Shown piece after piece: positions 9,682 through 18,732 of a stretch of 64,000 nt of DNA. The translations under genes were made by a program, and so were the position numbers. Positions within the stretch are counted from its first letter, which is position 1; every line of letters begins with the position of its first letter. Below the pieces are notes generated by a model that saw nothing but the letters and a program-made list of their open reading frames with translations, was not told the DNA's origin and did not search any database. This DNA comes from Longimicrobiales bacterium (GTDB lineage Bacteria; Gemmatimonadota; Gemmatimonadetes; Longimicrobiales; Gaopeijiaceae): the NCBI GenBank assembly GCA_965219445.1, contig CBDCNQ010000005.1:224001-288000 (forward strand). The letters are read 5' to 3'.

Positions 9682-10581
9682 TCAGAGTTCGACGGCGGCC
9701 GGGTTGCGGTCGGCTGGTCCGCGCAGCCAGGAGCCGCCGTCGCCGCCCAGGCCGAGCTTGCCGAGGAGTTTCCCGGCGGCCGGCCCGTTGGCGTGGAGCG
9801 CGAACCCGGCGGCGGCCTTGGCCCGGACGGCCCCTTCGCGGTAGTTGCCGGAGACGGCCTCGATGTTGACGCGTCCGGTCCGGCCTTCGGCGTCCGTGTA
9901 CTCGATCTGCGCGTCCGGGTGGAGCACGCGGCCCTCGTCGTCGAGGGGGAGGCCGAGCTCTTGGGCGATCCTGTGCCGTTCGGCATCGGCGGCCCGCTTG
10001 CCGTCCTTGAGCCGGGCGGCCTCGCTCGCTCGCGCGACGGCGCTCTTGAGTTCGGCGTCGAGCCGGACGCGCTTGACGGTGGCTCCCTGTTCCACGAGGC
10101 GCTGCCGTTCCTTCCAGCAGGCGCGGTAGACGGCGGTGTCGTGCGCGGCGTCGGCGGGCCTGGTGCGTGCGATCCGGATCTGCTGTGCGGGATCCATCTC
10201 GCGTTCGGCAGCGAGTTTCCGGGCCTTGGCCACGCCCTTGCGGGTGAGGGAGAGGACCTTGAAGGGATTGCCCTTGGGTCCGGTGGCCCGGGTCTCGGTG
10301 ACGAGACCGTCGCGGATCCAGGCGTTCACGGCCCGCTTGGTGGTGTGGGGATGGCCGCCGAAGCGGGCCTCGGCGAGGTCGCGGTAGGAGACGGCGCCGT
10401 AGACGCCGATATCGGCAAGTCCGCGGGCGCACCGTTCGGGGAAGGAGATGGACCCGCCGTCCCGGCTCGCGGCGTATTCTCGACGATGGCCGTTCCGCAT
10501 GCGTTGCTTCTCGCGGCTGGGTGGCGCGGCGGAACGGGGGTCCTCCTCGACCGTGCGGTCGAACATCTCCCTGCCTCTCAT
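9682..10581 (-). CDS. Replication-relaxation (MOBC-like, PD-(D/E)XK) relaxase candidate
   Basis: N-terminal wHTH-like region, AHDTAVY, HPDAQIEY...VNIEAVSGNY; lies in the conjugation operon. Confidence 0.6.
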   Translation of the reverse strand: MRGREMFDRTVEEDPRSAAPPSREKQRMRNGHRREYAASRDGGSISFPERCARGLADIGVYGAVSYRDLAEARFGGHPHTTKRAVNAWIRDGLVTETRATGPKGNPFKVLSLTRKGVAKARKLAAEREMDPAQQIRIARTRPADAAHDTAVYRACWKERQRLVEQGATVKRVRLDAELKSAVARASEAARLKDGKRAADAERHRIAQELGLPLDDEGRVLHPDAQIEYTDAEGRTGRVNIEAVSGNYREGAVRAKAAAGFALHANGPAAGKLLGKLGLGGDGGSWLRGPADRNPAAVEL

Positions 10582-10588
10582 CGGTTGC

Positions 10589-11617
10589 TCAGCGGCTCGG
10601 CCCGGAGCTGCGCTCGGGCACGGGGAGCGGGGGCACGGGTACTTGGGTCCGCTGGGGTCCAGGCGCGCGGGACGCGGCCACTGCCACGGGCTCGCGCACG
10701 GCCTCGCGCTCGATGTGCCGAACGAGCACGAAGTCCGAGATCTTCTGCGCGTCGGCGGCGGCGCGCCGGATCTCACGCGGGTCTTCCTCGAGCGCGGCGA
10801 TCCAGCCCTCGACGTACGCGGCGCCCCGGCTCGGATCGTGGCCGACGCCGACGCGCTCTCCGGTCATCATCGCGCTGATCTCCGCCCGGAGCTCCTCCTT
10901 CGCGTAGTCGGGCGATCCGAACCCGGTCTTGATCCCTTCGACGAGCGTCTCGCGGTTCATCCGCTCAGGGTGGCCGGTGCTGTGGCCCAGCTCGTGGAGC
11001 GCGGTCTGGTAGTAGTGGTTGGCGGAGGGGAACTGTCCGCGATCGGGCAGCACGACCTCGTCGCGGTTCAGGTGGTAGAAGGCGCGGTCGCCCGCGACGT
11101 GGCGTATCGGCACCCCGCCGTCCTCGAGCACCCGTTCGGCCTCCTGGTGGGTCTTCCAGAGCGGCTCGGGCGTCGGGGTGGACCGTGCGGGCAGCCCGTC
11201 GGCCTGCTCGGCGTTGAACACGGTGTACTGGCGGACGAAGGGCGCCTTGAGCCGCTCGTAGCGGTAGACGCGCTTGCCCTCGCCGTCCCTCCTGGGCCGT
11301 CCGCGCTCGTCGGTGACTTGGGTCCGCTTCTTGTCCTGGAAGGAGAGGATGCGGGTGCCGGTCTCGCCCTTCCTGACCTGTCCGCCCCGGGCCTGGATCT
11401 GGCGGTAGGTGCCCCAGCGCACGTCGCCGTAGCCGCGCTCCTGCTGGACGGCGGCGAGGTGCAGGCTGTTGCCGCCGCGATAGGAGCGGTCGGTGTCCAC
11501 GTTCGCGGGGAGCACGCGCTCGCCCGGCGCCCACGGCTTCTGCCACGGCGCGGTGCCCTGCTTGATCTGCTCGATGACCCGGTCGGCGAACTTGCGGTGA
11601 TACTCGTCGTGCTTCAT
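10589..11617 (-). CDS. ardC: ArdC-like ssDNA-binding antirestriction protein
   Basis: APWQKPW, YRGGN, WGTYRQ, YTVFNAEQ, HELGHSTGH, YAKEELRAE. Confidence 0.9.
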   Translation of the reverse strand: MKHDEYHRKFADRVIEQIKQGTAPWQKPWAPGERVLPANVDTDRSYRGGNSLHLAAVQQERGYGDVRWGTYRQIQARGGQVRKGETGTRILSFQDKKRTQVTDERGRPRRDGEGKRVYRYERLKAPFVRQYTVFNAEQADGLPARSTPTPEPLWKTHQEAERVLEDGGVPIRHVAGDRAFYHLNRDEVVLPDRGQFPSANHYYQTALHELGHSTGHPERMNRETLVEGIKTGFGSPDYAKEELRAEISAMMTGERVGVGHDPSRGAAYVEGWIAALEEDPREIRRAAADAQKISDFVLVRHIEREAVREPVAVAASRAPGPQRTQVPVPPLPVPERSSGPSR

Positions 11618-11811
11618 CGGTCGTCCTCCTCCCAGTACGGATCGGCGCCGGCGTCCAGGATGTCTTCCTCGCTCCCGACCTCCTCGGGGAAAAGGCCGTA
11701 CTGCTCGGCCAGGTAGGCCGGGACCTCGAGCGTCTCGCCTCCGTCGCGCGCGAGTTCCCGGTCGAAGTCTTCGAACGTCTCGACGCGGATGGTCGTCTCA
11801 CCGTTCGTCAT
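11614..11811 (-). CDS. Small acidic hypothetical protein
   Basis: 65 aa, very D/E-rich, 4-bp overlaps on both sides. Confidence 0.55.
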   Translation of the reverse strand: MTNGETTIRVETFEDFDRELARDGGETLEVPAYLAEQYGLFPEEVGSEEDILDAGADPYWEEDDR

Positions 11812-12815
11812 GGGTTCACCTCCTTGGGTTGGTGGGTGCTGCTTTGGGGGGGTTCCTCGACCCCGCTCGATATCGGTTCGGTGACCCAGTGGCCGGTGGC
11901 CGCGTCGTAGCCCTGGACCTGGATGGCCTCCTCGACGAACCGTCTGCCTCGTTGCCGGGTGATGTGGAGCACGAGCGCGATGCCGTCGACGACGCCCCGG
12001 CAGGTGACCTCCCAGGGGAGCGCCCCTTCGCCCTGCATGGCGCAGCTGGCCAGGCGCGAGAGAGCGGAGCGGGCGTTGTTCGCGTGCACGGTGGTGAGCG
12101 AGCCGCCGTGGCCGGTGTTGAGCGCCTGGAGGAGATCGGCGGCCTCGGCGCCCCTGACCTCGCCGACGACGATGTGGTCGGGCCGGTGCCGGAGCGCGTG
12201 GCGCACCAGGTCACGGATCGATACCGGCGTCTCGGTGCCGACCGCACCGGCCTCGAAGCGGAGGCAGTTCGCGCGGTCGATCCTGAGCTCGAGCGTGTCC
12301 TCGATCGCGACGATCCGCTCGTCCTCGGGGAGCAGTTCGATCAGCGCGTTCAGCAGAGTGGTCTTCCCCGAGCCGGTCCCCCCGGAGACGAGGATGTTCC
12401 TGCGGGCGCGGAGCACCCTCTTGGCTTCGCGCAAGACCGCCTCCGGCAGCGAACCCAGGCGCACGAGATCTTCGGGCGAGAACGCCCGCCCCCCGAACCG
12501 ACGTATGGTGATGGCCACCTCGGCAGCTGCGGGCGGGGTGCAGATGGCGACCCGCGACCCGTCGCCGAGCCGGGCGTCGAGGATGGGCCGCGCGGCGGGA
12601 TCGAGCCCGAGCGGCCGGGCGATGTGGATCGCGGCGCGGTGGAGCCAGGCGGCGGTGAGTCCGGGCGCGTCGTGGGGCTCGAGCTTCCCCGCCCGCTCGA
12701 CCCAGACGTTGCCGGGTCCGTTGATCATGATCTCGGAGACCTCCGCGTCCTCGAGCAGGGTCTCCAGGCCCGGAAGGAACGGAGTGAGGTGGCCGACGCC
12801 GCTCGCGCGCTTCAT
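11808..12815 (-). CDS. virB11: VirB11/TrbB-family secretion ATPase
   Basis: GGTGSGKTT, IEDTLEL, RPDHIVVGEVRG, NTGHGGSLTTVHAN. Confidence 0.9.
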   Translation of the reverse strand: MKRASGVGHLTPFLPGLETLLEDAEVSEIMINGPGNVWVERAGKLEPHDAPGLTAAWLHRAAIHIARPLGLDPAARPILDARLGDGSRVAICTPPAAAEVAITIRRFGGRAFSPEDLVRLGSLPEAVLREAKRVLRARRNILVSGGTGSGKTTLLNALIELLPEDERIVAIEDTLELRIDRANCLRFEAGAVGTETPVSIRDLVRHALRHRPDHIVVGEVRGAEAADLLQALNTGHGGSLTTVHANNARSALSRLASCAMQGEGALPWEVTCRGVVDGIALVLHITRQRGRRFVEEAIQVQGYDAATGHWVTEPISSGVEEPPQSSTHQPKEVNP

Positions 12816-14857
12816 ATCCGGCCCTCCTCGCGGAGCCGCCAGTAGCCGGTCTCCCTCGGCAGGTAGTGCGGCTTGAGGTAGACGCGCCGCGCGGGGAGCG
12901 ACACGACCCCGTCATACGGCAGGCAGATCGCCTGGTAGTTCGCGAGCAGCGAGAACTCGCGCGGCGTGAACACCGGCTCGCGGGCCTGCCTGAACGACTT
13001 GCTCGCGCCGATCGTGCCGCGTCCGCCTCCGGCGCGCCCGGAGAGGAGCGAGAACTCGGGCCTGCCCGTGTTCTCGGTGAACGTGTAGGAGGGCTGCGTC
13101 TTCATGACGGTGCCGCACATCTCGGACGCGACCCGCGCCGACGCCTCGTCGGACAGCGAGAGGAAGATCCGGGTGCGGAGCGTCTGGACGAGCGTGCGCC
13201 AGGCCTCGCCCGAGGGCAGCACGGAGCGGAGCGAGGAGATCGACTGCGTGGCGACGATCGGGATGCAGCGGCACTGGCGCGTGAGCGCGAACGCCTTCTC
13301 GTCGCCCGAAGGGTCGTCCTGCCCGACGGTGGCGAACGCCTGGTATTCGTCGCAGATGAACACGGCGGGCCGGAGGTAGCGGTCGGGACGCCGGGCGGCC
13401 TCGGCGGGCCGTCGGAGCAGCGCCTGCATCCAGGCGTTCTTGAGGAGCACGCCGATCGCGCGGGCGAGCGCGGGGTTAGCGCCCGCGGGCATGTTGAGCG
13501 CGAGGACCCGTCCGTTTTCGATCAGATCGGCGAGCGGCGGCAGCCGGCGGCGGAGTCCGGGCAGGGCGTGGGCGGGCGCGTGACCGTCGGCTTTCTCCCC
13601 CGCGCCCGCGTCTCTCTCACTTCCGGTGCAAGGAGTGGTGGGCGGCGGAGGGCAGAACACGCCGGCGACCTCGGGCTGGTCGAAGAGCGACAGGAAGACG
13701 CTGATGCCCTCGACGATCGAGGTGCGGAGCTTGGCGTCGAGCACCGTCCAGTCGTGCAGGTACCACCGCTCGATGGCCTCGACCTGCTGCCTGAACTCGC
13801 CGCCCGCGCCTCCCCCGGCCGCTTCCACCTCGCATGCGACTTCGTGCTTCGCGAGCTGCGCCCGAAGCTCCGCGTCCATCCGGCAGCGCACCTGTTCAGT
13901 GCCGGGCACCGGTGCCCAGTCCCACTTCTTGAGCGCCTCCGCATGGGCGATCATGTCGTCGCTGGAGATGACGGCGTCCACCGGAGAGATCCGGTCGGCC
14001 ATCTCGCGGGCCTCGCCGATCTTCCCCGCGAACAACTCCGCGTCCACGGTGCAGCGGTAGATGTCCCGGAGCGTGACCCAGCCCCCCGGCAGGAGCCGGT
14101 GCAACTCGACAATCCAGCGCACGAGGTTCGTGTACGCCTGCTGCCAGAACGGTTCTCGGCTCTTGCCGAAGAGCTGGTTGATGAGGGACGCCACGCCGTA
14201 GGCCAGCGAGTAGGAGTCGAGCAGCGGATCGTCGAGCGGGTTCCACTGCCAGGAGCCGTCGAGCCCGATTTCGAGGTAGTCCTCGCCGCGCCCGGCGTCC
14301 TCGAGGATGCCGCGGACCTGGTGGCAGAAATCCCCCTTTACCTCGAGCACGAGCGCGCCCGCCCTGCGGCCGGGATCGTCGGCCCGCCAGGAGAGGAGCT
14401 GCTGCGCGAACGGATACATGCAGGCGGTGGTCTTGCCGGTGCCGACGGCCCCCACGATGAGGATGCCGGTGTAGAGCCCCTTCTCGGGGACGACGAGCCA
14501 GGAGGGCCGCTCGCTCTCGCGCGCCACGGTCGGATGGTGGAGTTCGCCGATCACGAGCGAGGGCGCCTCGTCGGTGGCCGAGGTGGGCCAGGCGGGGAGC
14601 TTCCCGCGGGCGCCGCGCCGGGTACGCGGCTCGAGCCAGACCCTCGAGACCGAGAGGCAGACGCTGCCGGCGAGCAGCAAGGCGACGGCCGGCACCGCGT
14701 AGTACCAGACGCGGATCACCGTGTGCAGGCCCGGATCGTGGTAGGCGATGAGGTCCAGCGCGGGGTTCCCGCCGATGCCCGGGAACGGCGCAAGGAACGC
14801 GCGGACCGTGGCCGCCGTCAGGGCCACCCCGATGATGACCAGCGTCCAGGGCCTCAT
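12812..14857 (-). CDS. Type IV coupling protein (VirD4/TraD-like)
   Basis: N-terminal TM helices, GAVGTGKT, LEVKGD, FICDEYQ, VATQS. Confidence 0.88.
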   Translation of the reverse strand: MRPWTLVIIGVALTAATVRAFLAPFPGIGGNPALDLIAYHDPGLHTVIRVWYYAVPAVALLLAGSVCLSVSRVWLEPRTRRGARGKLPAWPTSATDEAPSLVIGELHHPTVARESERPSWLVVPEKGLYTGILIVGAVGTGKTTACMYPFAQQLLSWRADDPGRRAGALVLEVKGDFCHQVRGILEDAGRGEDYLEIGLDGSWQWNPLDDPLLDSYSLAYGVASLINQLFGKSREPFWQQAYTNLVRWIVELHRLLPGGWVTLRDIYRCTVDAELFAGKIGEAREMADRISPVDAVISSDDMIAHAEALKKWDWAPVPGTEQVRCRMDAELRAQLAKHEVACEVEAAGGGAGGEFRQQVEAIERWYLHDWTVLDAKLRTSIVEGISVFLSLFDQPEVAGVFCPPPPTTPCTGSERDAGAGEKADGHAPAHALPGLRRRLPPLADLIENGRVLALNMPAGANPALARAIGVLLKNAWMQALLRRPAEAARRPDRYLRPAVFICDEYQAFATVGQDDPSGDEKAFALTRQCRCIPIVATQSISSLRSVLPSGEAWRTLVQTLRTRIFLSLSDEASARVASEMCGTVMKTQPSYTFTENTGRPEFSLLSGRAGGGRGTIGASKSFRQAREPVFTPREFSLLANYQAICLPYDGVVSLPARRVYLKPHYLPRETGYWRLREEGRI

Positions 14858-14869
14858 CGGTCCGACACC

Positions 14870-15040
14870 CTTCCCGGAGGGACTGCTGGCTGGGAGCGAC
14901 CCCGCAGCGGAGGGGAGGATGGGGATGCCCATCGCCATCCTCCCCGATGCCGATCGAGGCATGCCGAGATGGGGGGTCGCTCCCAGCCACGGCCAAGGAA
15001 CGCGGATCGGCAACGCCGCCCCGCTGGCCGTGGCACAACC
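14870..15040 (-). repeat. Structured element, copy B, immediately upstream of the coupling-protein gene (candidate oriT)
   Basis: Same stems as copies A and C with compensatory substitutions. Confidence 0.85.
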
Positions 15041-15161
15041 GCCGGAGCGCCAGCGACCTGGACGGCCGATGCCGTGTCCGTCCGACCGGCGATTTCGTGT
15101 CCGGTCACCCGCGAAGTGAACCGGACACGCACGGATCGGCATCGGCGCCCGCGGGCGGCGC

Positions 15162-16097
15162 TCAAAACAGGCCCCCGGAAAGCCGGGGGGAACGCCAGAC
15201 CGTGAAGCCGTCGATCATCGCTTCCGAGGGCGCGGTCGGGAGCGCGGCCCTGAGTTCGACGATCCGCGCCAGGCAGCCCTGGAGACTGCCGTACGCTTGG
15301 ATCACGCTCTCGTCCATGCCGCGGATGGCCTGCTCGATCCGGTCGATTTCGCGGCGGATCCGACGGCCGGTCGCGGATGCTTTGGACCGGCCGGGGGACC
15401 GGGCCGGCGCGGTCCAGTTGCCGAGGACCTTCTCCGCCCGCTCGAACTCCCTGCCGCCCAGGACGACCGCGACGGACTCTACCGGTCGGCCCCGCTCCCG
15501 GAGCGCGCCCCAGAGTTCCCGGTGGGCGCGGCCCCAGGAGCGGAGGCCCGCGGCGGTCTCGTGGCCCGGATCGGCGTAGACGAACACCGCGCCCTGGCCA
15601 TCAAGCGCGACGGGCAGCTTGAGCGGGAAGTAGCGCCGCGTCTCGCCTGCGGCGCCCCGGTACACCCGGACGGGCAGGATGCTGCGCTCGATGCCGAGCG
15701 CCTCGAACGCGCCGACCTTCTCCGGTTCGGTGGGCAGCCACGGCAGGCCGGTGTGCCCGATCACGTAGTCGAGCGAGAGCAGGCGGCGAACGAGCACCTC
15801 GGCCGACGCGATCCGGCGGTGGCGGATATCCTCGGCTCCGAGCGCCCGATAGACTGCGCGCGCGGAGATCCGGCAGACCCTCCGGCCCGCAAGCCTGTCC
15901 ATGGCCGCCAGCCTCTGGTCCAAAATGTCCCGGATGAACCGGCGCGCGGTGCGGCGGTGGATCCCGAGCCAGTCGGAGATCTGGTCTCGGGTGAACACGC
16001 CGCTGTGGAGACAGACCAGGGCGACCCACTCCGCCTGGCGTCCCGTCCAACCGAACGGCTCGAGCGCCCTCTCTCGCCCGGCGAGATGCGCGATCAT
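15162..16097 (-). CDS. ICE orphan protein with an N-terminal HTH-like region (possible relaxosome/replication factor)
   Basis: MIAHLAGRERALEPFGW...; 4-bp overlap with virB8; ends ~120 bp from the structured element. Confidence 0.65.
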   Translation of the reverse strand: MIAHLAGRERALEPFGWTGRQAEWVALVCLHSGVFTRDQISDWLGIHRRTARRFIRDILDQRLAAMDRLAGRRVCRISARAVYRALGAEDIRHRRIASAEVLVRRLLSLDYVIGHTGLPWLPTEPEKVGAFEALGIERSILPVRVYRGAAGETRRYFPLKLPVALDGQGAVFVYADPGHETAAGLRSWGRAHRELWGALRERGRPVESVAVVLGGREFERAEKVLGNWTAPARSPGRSKASATGRRIRREIDRIEQAIRGMDESVIQAYGSLQGCLARIVELRAALPTAPSEAMIDGFTVWRSPRLSGGLF

Positions 16098-16762
16098 CGC
16101 GGGGCTTCCGTGACCAGGGCACGGTCGGCCTGGAGGTAGGTGATCAGGATGCCCATCGGGTTGTAGACGACGAGCTCGGAGGGGATGACGGTGAGGAAGG
16201 TGAACCGGAGCGTGAGCGACCAGCGCTCGCGCCGGGTCTCCTGCCCCTGCCTGAGGTGGACCAGATCGAAATCGGCGGTCGCGCCGTGCGGCGCCTCCGG
16301 TGCGGGGTGGATGCGGAGCACGACCTGCTCGACCTGGTGCTCGGTGTCGGAGGTGCCGGCCGCCATGGCGGCGACCTCGGCGCCGTCGCGCGTGAACGCG
16401 GCGTTCGCCAGCTCGGTCGAGAGGAACCGGAGGCTCCGCGTCCAGTGCTCCTCGACCGTCGCCTGGCGCCTGGAGTAGAAGTCGGAGATGAACCGGTTGA
16501 GGAAGTACTTGGTCGTGGGATCGAGCGGATCCGCCTGCGCCGTTGCGGCCTCGTAGGCCACGGCCTCGGCGCGGCCGACCTCGTCGACCCGTACGACGAT
16601 CGGGCGGGGCGGCTCGACGGTCGCGATGCGGAGCAGGAGCACGCCGAGCGTGAGGCATGTGGCGGCAAGGATCATCGCCAGCGTCCGGAGCTTCCGGTTC
16701 GCCTCGACGGTCTCGCCCCAGATCTCCGCGTACTCGCGGCCGGCATCGTGTTCTCGGTTCAT
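16094..16762 (-). CDS. virB8: VirB8/TrbF-like protein
   Basis: Single TM, PIVVRVDEVG, YNPMGILITY C-terminal motif. Confidence 0.85.
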   Translation of the reverse strand: MNREHDAGREYAEIWGETVEANRKLRTLAMILAATCLTLGVLLLRIATVEPPRPIVVRVDEVGRAEAVAYEAATAQADPLDPTTKYFLNRFISDFYSRRQATVEEHWTRSLRFLSTELANAAFTRDGAEVAAMAAGTSDTEHQVEQVVLRIHPAPEAPHGATADFDLVHLRQGQETRRERWSLTLRFTFLTVIPSELVVYNPMGILITYLQADRALVTEAPR

Positions 16763-16773
16763 GGACGTCTCCT

Positions 16774-17784
16774 TCAGCCTCCGGGGATTGGGGGGCGGGC
16801 CGGATTCGCGGCAGCGCTGAGGCGCCCGCCTCCGCGCACCACGAGCGCCATGAATCCCGACCCGACGGATCCGGACCCGGAGACGAGCATCGCGGCGAGT
16901 TCGCCCACCTTCATGCCGGCCATCAGGCCGGAGACGACGAGCGGGAGGAGGACGACTACCCACAGCCCTAGCTCGGCCGGGTCGGAGGAGCCAGTGCCCA
17001 TCAAGGTGCCGGTATAGGTCGTGACGTAGCCCATGCCCACGCCCATGAAGACCCTCAGGATGGCTCCTGCCACGACGCCGTAGAGCGTGTAGACCATGAG
17101 CGTGCGGAACCATCCCCAGAACAGGAACGCGAGCGGCTCGAACAGCAGCCAGGGGATGAACACGGGGCCGAGCAGGATCACGATCGCGAGCGCCACCTGC
17201 GCCCAGATCACCTGCGCGTAGGTCAGGCAGAAGAGCGCGACGAGGCCGAGCACGAGCGGCACGCCCATCATCAGCGCGACGAGGGACGAGAAGAACACGC
17301 TCACGCCCTCGGTCATGAGGGTCATCAGGCTCCCGCCGGACCATGCCGCGCCGAGCCGTGCGGCGAACGCCTGCACGAGCACGGTCATCTCCGTGTAGCC
17401 GACGGACACGACATCGGAGATGAACAGGTTCTGGAGCCAGATCCCTCCGGCCGCGACCATGGCCGGAAACGTGAAGCCCACGCCCGGGATCGGGACGCTG
17501 TAGTAATGGAGCAGCGTCCGGGGGATCGCGATCCCGAGCACGACACGCACGAGCGCCCACGGTTCTAGCGTGCCGCTGTACGCGATCTTGAGCCCACTCC
17601 ACGCGACGACGATCGCCGCGAGACCGCCCCAGAGCTGGTGGCCGAGCGTCAGCACGTCGGGCGCGGCGCCGCCGACCACCGTATCGAGCACGACATCCAG
17701 GAACCCCTTGAAGTCCTGGAGCTGATCGGCGGGGATTTGGGCCGGGACGTTCGGATCGATCGACTGCGGTGGCAGGAGTTGCAT
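16774..17784 (-). CDS. virB6: VirB6/TrbL-like polytopic membrane protein
   Basis: Multiple TMs, LLGPVFIPWLLFEPLAFLFWGWF. Confidence 0.85.
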   Translation of the reverse strand: MQLLPPQSIDPNVPAQIPADQLQDFKGFLDVVLDTVVGGAAPDVLTLGHQLWGGLAAIVVAWSGLKIAYSGTLEPWALVRVVLGIAIPRTLLHYYSVPIPGVGFTFPAMVAAGGIWLQNLFISDVVSVGYTEMTVLVQAFAARLGAAWSGGSLMTLMTEGVSVFFSSLVALMMGVPLVLGLVALFCLTYAQVIWAQVALAIVILLGPVFIPWLLFEPLAFLFWGWFRTLMVYTLYGVVAGAILRVFMGVGMGYVTTYTGTLMGTGSSDPAELGLWVVVLLPLVVSGLMAGMKVGELAAMLVSGSGSVGSGFMALVVRGGGRLSAAANPARPPIPGG

Positions 17785-17802
17785 GACAGTCGCTCCCCGC
17801 GC

Positions 17803-18732
17803 CTAAACTTGGCCGCCCATGTAGAACGACGGGACCTTGAACAGGAGCCCTTCCCGGAGCCGGTCGCGGTTCTGGAACGCGGCCGTGCGCATCGCATCGG
17901 CCATCGCGTTCGTACGGAGGCGCGCGTCCCTCCACTCGGCGAGCCGCTCGAGCCGGCCGATCTCGGCCTGCTGCATCCGGTTCGCCTGCTCGACGGCCTG
18001 ATAGGCGAGCACCTGCGCCACGGCGGCGTTGATCCGGCCCTGGGTCAGCGCGGCAGCGACCTGCGCCTGCTGGAGTGCCGTGGCTGACAGGTTGCCGTTC
18101 GCGGTCAGGTCGTCGAACGAGTCCTGCGCGCTCTCGACGGTCGATGCGAGCGAGGCCGCGGCGTCCATCATCGCGTAGTCGAGCACGCGCTGGCGGTCGG
18201 CGGCCTCCTTGGCCTGGCGGTAGTCCTCAACCGCGCGCGACGACGCCTCGGCCGGGCGGTTACGGAACAGCTCGAGGATGTCCGCCTCGCTCACCTGGTC
18301 GGCCACACCTTGGGCGCTCCGCCAGACGTCGGTGAACGAGTCGCCGCTCCCCATGTCACGCACCGCGTCGACCAGCTCGCCGGCCGCTCCGCTGAAGTCG
18401 GAGCCCCAGTCGAGGCCGTCGCCGACGAGGCCGATGGATCCGGCCGCCAGCTCCGCGAACGGTTCGATCAGCGCGTCCACTTCACCCCGCGCGGCCTCCT
18501 TCATGTAGTCGAGCTGCTCCTCGAGCTCGGTAAGCTGACGGGTCATCGTCCGCATCTGGCGGATCTGGTTCGCGATCTGGGTCGCCTGGTTCACGATCAT
18601 CTGGGCTCGCTGGATCACGCCGCCGATGTCGAAGAGGGCGTTGGCCGGCCCAGCGCTCGCGAGCATCAGGACCGAGACCAAGAGGGCGGTGGTAAGGCTG
18701 CGGTGACGCATGATGAGCTCCTTTGGTGTCAT
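17803..18732 (-). CDS. VirB5/TrbJ-like secreted protein
   Basis: Signal peptide, QIANQIRQ coiled coil, upstream of virB6. Confidence 0.65.
   Translation of the reverse strand: MTPKELIMRHRSLTTALLVSVLMLASAGPANALFDIGGVIQRAQMIVNQATQIANQIRQMRTMTRQLTELEEQLDYMKEAARGEVDALIEPFAELAAGSIGLVGDGLDWGSDFSGAAGELVDAVRDMGSGDSFTDVWRSAQGVADQVSEADILELFRNRPAEASSRAVEDYRQAKEAADRQRVLDYAMMDAAASLASTVESAQDSFDDLTANGNLSATALQQAQVAAALTQGRINAAVAQVLAYQAVEQANRMQQAEIGRLERLAEWRDARLRTNAMADAMRTAAFQNRDRLREGLLFKVPSFYMGGQV

Noticed and set aside
7790..10432. 880-aa ORF read as one giant integrase fusion
   Set aside because: The N-terminal ~490 aa are Arg/Pro-rich off-frame read-through over three real genes; the integrase starts at 8953
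7733..15205. Long plus-strand ORFs (438, 610, 422 and 779 aa)
   Set aside because: Antisense shadows of high-GC genes with no recognisable motifs
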